Assembly: GCA_033442325.1 (NCBI GenBank)
Contig: JAWQFM010000022.1
Coordinates: 248,001 to 312,000 of the forward strand
Direction of reading: 5' to 3'
Length of the DNA stretch: 64,000 nt
From: Salpingoeca rosetta
Taxonomy: Eukaryota; Protista; Choanoflagellata
Shown here one piece after another: positions 47,701 through 59,315 of this stretch. A program made the translations under genes and the position numbers. The notes below the pieces were generated by a model. It was not told where the DNA came from, did no database searches, and saw nothing but the letters and a program-made list of their open reading frames with translations. The stretch's first letter is position 1; the number at the start of each line of letters is the position of its first letter.

Positions 47701-49742
47701 GGCGCGTGGTGCAGGCCGTTGTCGTTGATGTCGAGGCGAATCAGAGCGGGAAGCGCGTGTGAGAACGCCGTCAGCCGGTTGTGTGCGAGGGTGAGGGCGA
47801 CGAGGGCGCGCGGGCCGGAGAAGACGTTGGGCGGCAGCGAGGTGAGCTCGTTGTGCTCGAGGTGCACCTGCACCAGGCCCGCGGTGTTGCGGAAGAGACC
47901 GGACGGCAGGGAGCGCAGGCGGTTGTTGAAGAGCTGGATGGTGGACACGATGGTCAGGTGGGCGAAGATGTCGGGGTGCAGGGCGGTGATGTGGTTGCGA
48001 CCGAGGCGAAGGGAGAACAGCCTGCTCGTGGCGCGAAACAGGCCCGGGGGCAGGGAGGTGAGCATGTTGCTGTCGAGGTGCAAGGTGCGCAGCAGTGGGG
48101 TGACCGCAAAGAGGTCTGGCGGCAGCTCTGTGAGGAAGTTGTCGTCGACAAACACGGCCTGGAGGCCTGGTTGGTTGGGAAACAGCGCGGGCGGGAGGTG
48201 GAGGAGGCGGCAGCTGGACAGCATCACGCTGCGCAGGCCCACGAGCGGGTCAAAGAGGCCCTTGGGCAGCGTTTCCAGCGGGTTCTGGGTGAGGCTCAGG
48301 TCAGTGAGGCTGGAAAGGGCGCTGAAGGTGTTGGCGGGGATGCGGGTGATGACGTTGTTGGTGAGGCGGAGCGCCGTGAGGCGGGTGAGGTAGCGGAAGG
48401 GCTGGCCATTGACATCGCGGATGCGGTTGAACTCGAGATGCAGCACGCCCAGCTGTGCCGTGTCCTCAAATGCGACGGGGTGGACCATGGTGATCAGGTT
48501 GCCGTTGAGATAGAGGGCGGTGAGTGTGGTCATGTTGGCGAGCGCCCCTTGCGGCAGCTGCGATAAGTGGTTGCCCGCAAAGTCAAGCTGTCGAAGAAAC
48601 GGGGCGCGTGTGAAGGGCTGCGGGAACTCGCTGTTGCGCTGCACGATGGACCAGAGATCGTTGTTGACGGCGCTGATGCCGATGAGGGACGCGCAGCTGT
48701 TGAGCATGTTGAGGACCAGCTGGTTGAAGTTGAGGCTGCTGAGGGCGACGTGGGTGACAAACGACCAGTCGCCGTTCTCCAGCACCCAGCGCAGCTGGTC
48801 AGCCTCCACAACGCCAGAGGTACGCAGCATTGCCGGGCGCACAGCCTGCGTCACGCTCAAGAGCGTGCGCGGGTCAAACGCCGAGACGTTGCTGTTCTCG
48901 CTTGCATCGTGTGGCAGGTCAAAGGTGATGTTGAAGGTGACCCTTTCGCCGCGCTGGGTTGGCACGGTGCAGTTGTGCTCAAGGACAAGGGACGACAACG
49001 AGCAGCTCACCACGAGGGCCGTCTCTGATTGCACGCGTCTTTGTCGGTGCAATACCCCGACCTCGTCACTGTCACTGTTGTAGTTGTTGATGGGGTAGTC
49101 AATGAGGCCGTCGTGGCTGTTGGTGGGGGAGTCATTGTGGTCGTCGTAGTGGCTGTCAATGCCGGGCTCGAGACGCGGCCGCTGCAACTGCTGCTGCCGC
49201 TGCTGCCGCTGGCGTATCAAGGGATGCTGCCCGAGTTGTGGTAGAAAGCTCTGCAGCTGCGGAGTGAGGCGCGGCAAAACCGGGTCAGGTCGTTGCGCCG
49301 GCTGATGTGGTGGCAGCGGCTGTGGCTGCTGTGGTGGCAGCGGCTGTGGCTGTTGTGGTGGCTGTGGCTGTTGTGGTGGCTGTGGCTGCCGTGATTTGTC
49401 AGTGTCGTGTTGCGTGTGCACTGTGCTGTGTGCTGAGGTCACAGACGGGGTGCAGAAGTGATCAAGGGCGTCGTAGACGGGGCCCAGCACGGCCTCTCTA
49501 GCGCCATCATGCGTGGCGTCGCTTGCGAGAAGGGAAGACGCTGTGTGGAGCGCAGTTCGAGCACGCTCGCACGCCAACGCATCTCCATCCTGGACAGTTG
49601 TTGTTGTTGTTGTCGTTGTTGTTGTCGAGTGTGCTCGCACGTGCATGTGCACGTTGTGCAAGGAGCACAGCAGCAACAACACGATGGTGGAGCGCGCTGC
49701 GGCTACGGCAAGGACGCCCCGCTGCATGGGCGCCTTCCTCAT
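44782..49742 (-). CDS. LRR receptor-like TKL protein kinase (signal peptide, LRRs, EGF-like motif, TM, kinase; exons 49742-46003, 45695-45196, 44903-44782)
   Basis: N-terminal hydrophobic stretch, many typical LxxLxLxxNxLxxLP repeats, 'YECECQSRFRLSGGVC', TM 'VAGIAVGTMLAGVTVAFGLLALY', then kinase motifs GAFGEVW, VAVK, H|RDLKSGN, DFG, GTPLYMAPE, DVFSFG and 'RPTF'. Confidence 0.93.
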
Positions 49743-49880
49743 CCCTGGGGATGTGCTTATGCGTGAGCTGAGGTTGGTGGGGCTGTGGGGTTTGGAGGTG
49801 GATTGGATGGAGATGCGGATTGGCTGGTGGTCGTTGCAGGAGGAGTTGTCGAGCGCGATGGTGAGTCAGCTCACGTTTGT

Positions 49881-49934
49881 GTGGCGCGAAATTTGGCAAA
49901 CACACCGCAACTTATCAGCGCCGCCAAATTTGAA
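49881..49934 (+). promoter_or_regulatory. Putative E2F and CHR cell-cycle elements upstream of the GTSE1-like gene
   Basis: GGCGCGAAA at 49883-49891 (reverse complement TTTCGCGCC, E2F consensus), and CCGCCAAA immediately followed by TTTGAA at 49921-49934. Confidence 0.4.
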
Positions 49935-49956
49935 TTGGGAACTGTGCAACGAAGCT

Positions 49957-50172
<216 letters not shown>

Positions 50173-50188
50173 AACACAAGCGTACGTG

Positions 50189-53100
50189 ATGGAAGAGGAC
50201 GGGCTTGTGGACTTGGCTGCGTTGGATGACGCAGCGCTGTTTGATGTTGGAGATGGCAAGGACACGACATCGTTCTCGTTTTGTGGATCTGAGTCGCCCA
50301 TCACCAACACCAGCGCACACGATACCAAGCATGGTGCAAGAAGACCCTTGCCGCGCACACAGTGGACTAATCTCCCAGGTTGTGTTGTGCATGTGTATGG
50401 TTGTAAAAAGGGGAGGTGGTGCATCACAACGACAGAGAGACGCGTTGCAGAACCTGTCAACTCTCATGCTCACCATATACAAACGCAAACATTCCAACAC
50501 GAACTCACCTCATCACGCACTCACCTTATCACGTACTCAAATCACACACGAACGTCATCACACACTCATCTTGCCGCATCAACAACATGATTTGCTTGAA
50601 CAGACACCGATGACTTGGACGATGTGGAGCTGTTTGCTTCGACGGAAGAAGACAATGTGGGCAGCGACGCGCTGGGTTTTGTTTGGTGGACCCGTTGTTG
50701 CAACTGCGCTACTTGTTGTGTCTTCCTCAAGCATGAGCCTCACGACCGTGTTTCGTGCCTGCTTGGTAGGGCAAAGGGTTTTGGGACACGGACGACGATG
50801 ACTTTGCAGACCTGGTGGACGATACCGATTCGCTGTCGAGCGGCAGTCGCAAACCATCAACGTCAACGACACCTCCAATGTCTGAATGCACAACAGGCAG
50901 CAACAGCAACAACGTTGATGCAGCCGCTACCACGACGACGACAGGTCGCCCCAACACAACCAACAGCACAAGCGCAGCCAACAACGCCAACAGCGTGCAG
51001 TTGATTGACCTCAGCAGTCCTCCTCCAAAGCAAGTATGCAGTGGCAAAGTAGCGGCAAAGCAACCAGAGGGAGCAATGGGTGAGACAAGCACAAGCGACG
51101 TTGCTGAACCACATGGCAACGACACGTACCAGAAGACCAGCCATGCTAGTGAAGATGATGGCAACGAGGATGATGACGAAGATGATGAGGTCTTCTTCGG
51201 AGAGCCAACCGTTCTTGAGCAATGCTACGCCACCCTCCGCGGCCTCAAAGAAGAAGGTGCGCGCGTGCGTGCATGTGTGTGTGGGTGTCTGTCTGTCTGT
51301 GCCTGTGTGTGTGTATCTGTGTCTGTGTGTCTGTGTGTGTCTGTGTGCGTCTGTGTGCGTCTGTGTGTGTGTGTCTTTGTCTGTGTCCGTGTCTGTGTGC
51401 GTGTGTGTCTGTGCGCGGGTGTGTGTCTGTGTGTGTGTCAGCTTTCCTGGTTGTCTGACTGGTTTGTCTGTTCGTTTGTGTGTCTCTCTGTCTGTTTGTT
51501 TGTGTACTGCCTGCCTGCCTGGCTGGCCACACGCGCGCACGTGTGCGGCTACTGCTTGGTCCTTCCACGCTCACAACAAGTTTCGCTGTGCCATCAACGA
51601 TGTGTACGCAGAGCAAGCTGGTAAGGGTGCAAGTGCGTCAAACAGCGAGCCAAGAACACACGCAATCACAGACAGAGACGGTGGCGCTGGTGAAGCGGAA
51701 CCAGAAGAGGAGGATGACGAAGACGATGAAGACGATGAAGATGAGGTGTTCTTTGGGGAGATTTCGTCAAAGGAGTGCAAGAAGCGGGTGACGTTCCTGC
51801 AGCAGGCATTGCAGCAAGACGCGCGCATGCACAAGCAGGAGCAGCAATGGAAGGCAAGGCAGCAGGAAGAGCAGGAGAGGAAGGAACGACAGGAGAAAGA
51901 GCGGCGAGCGCGGGAGGCGGCCGCTGCGGAAGAGGAGAAGAGGCGACAGCAAGAACAACACGAGCAAGAACAAAGACAAAAGTGGGCAGAGCAGAAAGCA
52001 CGTGAGCGCCCTCGCCGCGTGCTGGCCGTATTCCAGGAAGACTACGCCACAGACAAGACAAAGACCAAGGAGGAGGAAGACCAGCACCCCTCCAAGCTCG
52101 CACGATTCTCAGGCCTCCCCAAACCAACAGCGGTACTGTTTGGCCCTTGTTGTGCTTGATGTGTGTGTTTGTGTCTGTGCGTGTGCATGTATTATGCGTG
52201 TGCATGTATTGTGTGTGCGCATGTATTGTGTGCCTGTGTGTATTGCGTGTGTGCCTTTTCGTGATTGTGTGTACATGCGTTTTTCTGTGTGCGCCTGTGT
52301 GTGATTGTGTGTGTATGCGTATGTGTCTCTGTGTGCCTGTCTGTCTGTCTTGCTTTCTGTCTTCGCGTGACGAACGGAGTACTTGACTGACTCGCTCCAT
52401 CCCTGACTGCCTTCTCGCTCTGTTTCTTGGGGGTTAGCTTGGATCTGACTCCCCGACATTCACGCGGAGCATCGTGTTTTGTGGCAAAACAAAGTGAGTC
52501 CCAGTCCTGCTGCTGCATGCGAGTGAGACAGTGAGGAAGAGACAAAGAAACACAGAGAGCGAGAGGGTGGATGGGTGCTTGCGAGAAATGTTGTTGCAGC
52601 GGTTTATGCAGTGTGCATATTTGGGCGGTACTGTACGCTGCGCGTGCATGTATTGCTTTTCTTTCTTGCAGTGAATCAATCGCTCATTAGTGGCGTCAAC
52701 TCCCCCCCCCCCTGAATTGCGTTCAGCCCCGGCCGCCTGCTGCGTGAAATCACAAACAATAAGCACGACAGCAACGCTGGTGATGGCGGCATCAAGCCCG
52801 CGAAGAAGCCACTTGCCCTCCAGCAGCGTACACAAACGGCAACAGCAACGAATACGACCAAGCCGCTGCTTCAAGTGATTGCAGCAACTGACCCGAAGAA
52901 AGCGCCTGTCACAGCTCTGCAACCGAAGCCAACGATCACAACAACACGGAAAGCAATGTCCGCAGCACCAACACCAGCATCAGCAACGACAGTGCCAGCA
53001 TCAGCACCCGAGCTTTCCACAACAGCACCAACATCAAGCGAGGCCCAGTCTTCCATCAAGACGGACTCAGCTACAGCACACAGCACCAAGAATGAAGACA

Positions 53101-54064
53101 AGGAGGAAGAAGACGTGCGGCCTGAACTGCTGAATGCGCTGGCCCGCGCGAAACAGCAGCAGCAGCAACGCAAGCCAGCTGGAGCAAAGGCATCGGCCCT
53201 GGTGCGCGGGAAGAAAGGGGCGCCAACAAGCAAGCGGCTGGCGGCTGGCACATCGCTGCTGCGTCCTCCTCGCTGTGGCCTGCCAAGAAGAGCCGGAAGT
53301 GCGTTTACGCCCACAACAGTAGCAACAGCCGGTGGCAATGGGGCCACAGCCGTGCCTTCGTCCAGTGCCACAACAGCAAGCACGGCAGCCACTGCTGCAA
53401 AAGGCAACACGAAAAGGTCACGGAAGACGATGAAGTCGAGGCTGGCCGTGGCAGCACGAAGAGCACCAAAGGCAGTGACGGCGGCCCCAGCACCGCAAGC
53501 AAAGGCGCCGGTTGCAGCGGCTGAGGAGGCGCGCGAGCGTGAGGAGGCCTTGCAGCTGTTGGAGGAGTTCCCATCCCCGTCAAAGGCAGATGCCAAGGTG
53601 TGCTGCCACATGGCGGTGTGTGGTGTGTGCCGTGGTGTGTAGTGATGCTTGGGTGTGACTTTGGCCGTTGCTGTTGTGCAAACACTCATGCACAGCGGTT
53701 CTCCTTTTCTGTGATTGTGTGATGGAATTTTATGATTTTAGAATACGTGGAAGGTGTGTCACTCGCCCGAGGCACCAGGAGTCAACACAAAGGTGAGATG
53801 TGTGTGTGTGTGTCTGTCTGTCTGTCTGTGTCTGTGTGTGTGTGTGTCTGTGCCTGTGTGTGTCTGTGTCTGTGTCTGTGTGTGTGTGTGTCTGCGTCTG
53901 TGTGTCTGTGTGTCTGCTGGAGCTCTATTGCTTCCTTTGGCCCCTCGTTGACGGTTTCGTGCTCGTGGTGCTGTGTTGTGTTGGTGCAACGTTGCCTTCA
54001 GAGCCAATGGTCTCCCGTGAAGCGGCCAAGGACGTTTGATGAGATTCAGCAGCTCTACTACTAG
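50189..54064 (+). CDS. Intrinsically disordered protein with two GTSE1/PSRC1-type DEVFFG motifs (GTSE1-like)
   Basis: Multi-exon ORF chain. Motifs: '[15 protein letters not shown]' (~51181), '[14 protein letters not shown]' (~51735), LIDL (51001), SGLP (~52108), 'RLLREITN' (~52734), a basic Ala/Pro/Thr-rich region, and a last exon '[20 protein letters not shown]'. Confidence 0.6.
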
Positions 54065-54283
54065 ACTACTGACGCCGCGAGGCGGGAAGATCGCGATACT
54101 GTGTGTCTGTGTCTGTGTGTGTGAGCGTGTGTGAGCGTGTGTGAGCGTGTGTCTGTGTGTCTGTGTGTGTGAGGCTGTGGACAGAAAGAGCCAATGCAGT
54201 GCTTGCTTTGTTGCTGTACGATGCAAGCTGCACTTGGATTTCTTGTGTTGCAAATGTGTATTGTTCCTTGTGTTTCCTGTGTC

Positions 54284-54354
54284 CTTCTTCTTCTTCTTCT
54301 TCTTCTTCTTCTTCTTCTTCTTCTTCTTCTTCTTCTTCTTCTTCTTCTTCTTCT
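54284..54354. repeat. (TTC)n microsatellite
   Basis: About 23 TTC units, intergenic. Confidence 0.95.
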
Positions 54355-54804
54355 TGTGTTTGTGTTACCGCCGCCTCGTTTGTTTGCTTGAGTGATGTGA
54401 CATGATGATAATGGGAACTCTCCTACTGTCTGTACTTGTCTGTACTGTAGTACTGTTTGACCTGTTTGTTGGTAGCGCCATCAGTCGGCCTTGCGGCTGC
54501 CGCGCCCCCGAGTGACTACCGTCACCCTGTCCTCCTGCTGTCGATTCAGTGGAGAGTAAACAACTCCAGTAGTGAGAGGAACCGATTTGGTGGAGGGGGG
54601 GGGGGACCAAGAACCGAGGAGACCCGACTCACCCTGCAAGAGACACCGCTGAGGCTGTTGCTCAAAAGAGAAAGGACCCGCGTACACGTCCAACCTGTGG
54701 AAGGAGGCTCCGGCCGATTTGTGTTGGATATTTTCATTCAATTTTCCTCCTCCAACACCAAACACAAACAAACAACAAGCAAGCCACCAGCACGATCAGC
54801 CAGA

Positions 54805-55002
54805 ATGCCTCGTTCCAGCAGTTCCAGTGGTGATGGTCGGGATGGGTTTCAGGAATCAACCGCAAGTGAGAATGGTGCTGTTGACGAGCGTGCCAAGTTG
54901 ATCATCGATGCGATTGCGTCCAAGGACATGCGCCCTCTCGAAGCAACGTGCGAATCTGCCCTGTGTTTTGCGTGGGGTGTGGGTGGGTGGATGTGTTTTG
55001 CG

Positions 55003-55073
<71 letters not shown>

Positions 55074-55177
55074 NNNNNNNNNNNNNNNNNNNNNNNNNNN
55101 NNNNNNNNNNNNNNNNNNNNNNNNNNNNNNNNNNNNNNNNNNNNNNNNNNNNNNNNNNNNNNNNNNNNNNNNNTACG

Positions 55178-55256
<79 letters not shown>

Positions 55257-55491
55257 GTGCACCCTGTGATTGCGTGTGCTTGGGTGTCCGTGTGCTGGTG
55301 GTGGAGTTTCTTGAGATCGACTTTGCCAGTTCTCTCCACCCAACAACACACATGTCACACCGCCTCTTTCTTTCACTTGCTTGCTTTTGTCGCATGTGTT
55401 AGGCTTGACAACATGCACCTGGGAGAACACGGCTCCCAACTCCTCGCGGACGCACTTCAAAACAACACTTCGCTTGAATGCCTTTCGTGAG

Positions 55492-55580
<89 letters not shown>

Positions 55581-56475
55581 ACGGGCGCAAGGTGGAAGAG
55601 GGCTTTCCCGTGCAGTCGCATTGATGTTCGAAAGGTCCACGTTGCACTTGTCACTGGCATTTTGGTGCTTCCCATTTCTCGTTTCGCCGCTCTCTTAGCC
55701 GCTGCCAGAGAGCTGACACCACAGAACACACCAACCATGAATGCTTAGACTCCGGAATTGTGGCATCGGTGCCATTGGTGCCTGCTACATTGCAAGTGCC
55801 CTCAAGGACCACCCTTCACTCAGCCAACTCAAGTAGGGATGAACTGAGTGAGAAAGAGAGAGAGTGTGTGTGTGTGTGTGTGCTTTGTGTTTTGTGCTCT
55901 GTGCTCTGTGCTCTGTGAGAGAGTGAGAGACAGAATGTGCTTGTGACTGAGTGTATGTGTGTGTGTGCGTATCTGCGCTTGCTTGCTTGCGCTGTGGTGT
56001 GCACGTGCGTCTGCAACCTGCTTGCAGTGCGGGCGTGAGCAGACGGCACACGTGCTCCCTGTTTTGATCCATGTTGATCACCTCAGCTCAAACATGTGCT
56101 CCTGTGTGGTTTCCAGGCTATGTGGGAACGACATCCGAGATGAGGGCGTCGACTACCTGGCGCGTCATTTGAAGCAGAACAAACGCCTGAAGCACCTTGA
56201 GTAAGCTTGGAGCGAAGGGGGGGGGGGACAGGCATGTGATGATTGTCGTGCACGACATTTTCGGCTGTTGACCTGTTGACAGCACCGTGCTCATCTTACA
56301 CGTGGTCATGATCGCGTGTTTTGCTTGGTCTGATGTTCATTGGCTTTCTTCTTTCAGCCTGAACAACAACCCCATGACTGAGCAGGGCGCACATTCGCTG
56401 CTCCTCCTAGCCAACGCTCGCAGACTCACCACGCTTGGGTGGGTTGTCGTGCCTTGGGCGCTCGTGGCCAGGTTC

Positions 56476-56529
<54 letters not shown>

Positions 56530-59244
56530 TGTGGGGGGTGGGATCTGTAAATGTGCTTGTGCGCTGCGCCTGTGCGTGTGTGCTCGCCAGTGTGATTGAA
56601 TGTGTCTGTAGTTCGTGTCTGTGCTCGCACACTGTGACGTGAGCAGTGTGTTCAGCTGACAGCCTCAAATGTCGTGACATGCTTTCCGACCGAACATGGC
56701 AGGCTGGCACGCTGCGGCCCAGACGTCGCACGTGTCCTGGGGAACGGATTGCCTTCGGATATCACCACCACAATCCACTGGTGCGTGTGCCCTGCCTGTC
56801 TGATTGTATCTGTGTATATGTGCCTGCGCCTGCCTGCCTACCTCTCGGTGTGGCACTGCGTGTGCGTGTTGTCTTGTCCGTTTCATTTTTCCTGCGTCGC
56901 CACAGCCGCATTGCATCTACTCGCTGTTCCAACTTTGTGTTTCAGGTTCCCTGTTCTGTCTGCATGGGTGATCTACGCGAGCGTATGCTCGCAACAAACA
57001 CACCTCTGCCATTCTCTCCTGCTCCAACGTCATGCTGTGCCTGCAGGGAACCACTGAAGCAGCGCATCTATGAGAGTTTGCGGCCAGTGCAGCGAGGCGA
57101 GCAGTCACCTTCCGCTGCAGACCAGGCGCAGCGCAACTTTGACGAGCAGCTCAGAGATGAGGTCAAGCGCTGGCAGCGCAAGCAAGGGAGGCCAGTGGGT
57201 GCTGACCACCAGCAACCAGAGCCTTCCAAGAAGCCACGACCACCTGTTCCGCCAAAACCAGCAAAACAACCGCGCCAACCAGCACCAACACCAGTGCCGC
57301 CACGGCGGCAATCACCCTCACACCAAGACCCCCATGACAACGACAGCAGCAATAGCAACGGCAACAGCAGCGTTCACGCTTCATCCTCCGCCGAAGAGCA
57401 AAAACGTCTGCAGGAGCGTGTACGTGCGCTGGAGAAGAGGGAGGAGGAGCTGGTGCGACGGGAGCAGGCACTGAAGGCGAAGCAGCAGCAACTCGACCAA
57501 CGCGCCCGCAAGGAAGGTGCGTGTGTATGTGTCTGACTGCGTGTACGTGTTCGTGTGCGCGTGTTGCTTGTGCCTCTGTGCGCGAATTTGTGCCTGGATG
57601 TGTGCATGTGCACTGACGCACATCGCACTGCTCTGAATATTTTTTTCTTTGTTCCCTCACTTCCCTTCTTGTTTCACGTTCTTGTGCTTGGTTTATTTGC
57701 TCACAGGCGAGCTGTTGCGACAGCTGGAGGATCATACAGGTTGGCTGTTTCTCGTGCATGTCACTGCCTCGAGTGTGGATGAAATCATCCCTCGTTGCGC
57801 ACTGCGGCAGTGCATCTGCTCTTACACCCCCGTGTCTCTGCTCGCGCGTTGACCCACATGCGCAACCTATCACATGTGCCTTGTGCACATGCACATACAC
57901 ACATACGCACAGACACACATGCACGCTTTCGTGCCTGCACCTTCATGCAAACCCGCATCAATCATACACACGCACGCTCACGCACGCGCCTTGCGCTTGC
58001 ACATGCACCCTGCTCAGAGTACCTGCTTCGTCTGAATATCCCGTATGAGCAGCTAACGGAGAAGAAAGTGGCAAAGGATGCGCGCGGAAACGTTGTGCAT
58101 GTCCGCAGCGGTGACCTGTACTCGGCCGTGTTCGACGGCAACCGCGTTGCGCTCAAAGAGTTTCGCCACATTGACAGGCGCCCACGCTGGTCTCATCTCC
58201 TGCGCCATGGCAGCAACCGCTCCATTGACGATGTGATTGAGAATGATGGTGACAGCAATGGAAGCGGTAGTTTCTGCATCAAACGTGACAGCACCGGCGC
58301 TGTGATCACGCCCGACATGCGCTCACTGTACCGGGAGGCGCTGATCCTGGCATCCCTGCGCCACTCAAACATTGTGCAGTTTCTCGGGCTCTGCTACGAG
58401 GAGCACACCAAGCACCTGTACTTTGTGCTGTCGTGGGCAGACAACGGCTCTCTGTGCGAGTACATGCACGTGAAGAAGAAGCCACTCGACGACACACACA
58501 GGCGGCGCATCTTGAGCGAGGTGGCGGGTGCCATCAGCTTCTTGCACATGCACAGGGTGGTGCACCGAGACATCAAGTCCCCCAACGTTCTGCTGGACAG
58601 CTTCCTCTCTGCAAAGCTGACGGACTTTGGCGAAAGCACCTTCAAGGCCAAAGACAAGACCGACGTCACACATGCTGCGGGCACGCCAACGTGGGCATCC
58701 CCTGAGCAGCTCTTGGGCGCACCCGCGCACCACCCAGGAGACGGCGGCAGTGGCATCGGCACCCTGCGTGCAGTCACAGACGTGTTCTCGTTTGGCTGCC
58801 TGGTGTGGGAGGTGTGGTTTGGCGTCAAGCCGTGGCACCACGGCAAGTACGCGCCGCACGGTGCGTCGGTGGCGGAGATCGCTGGCAGCTACAGTCGCGG
58901 CGAGTATCTTCCTCTTGACGAGAGCATCAATGGGCGAATGTTACCAGACCACCTCCGGGCTGTCCTGCGCTGCTGCTTCACCGATTCAAGCGTCCGCATC
59001 GCCTCCCCCATGGTGCACGCCATGCTCAAGACCCAGTACGAGATGGACAAGCAGAAGCGGGAGGACTTGCTGCATGGACCTTCCGACGCCATGTGGAAGT
59101 TTCCCCTGGCGCTTCGGCAGACGCTCAGTGCCACGCAGCTGACCACACGCGCCACTGTCAACATTGCCTTGCTGTCCCTGGACAACCACCTTGACCAAGT
59201 CACAAAGGTCCGTGTCTGGATGCGTGAGCGCGTGCGCGTTATGT

Positions 59245-59315
<71 letters not shown>

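Noticed and set aside
52690-52878. 'RRSHLP' as a second SxIP-like motif
   Set aside because: It is not in the reading frame of the spliced gene.
54400-54730. Complex intergenic sequence that might be a solo LTR or transposon fragment
   Set aside because: I found no terminal repeats, target-site duplication or second copy in the window. A repeat-library search would be needed.
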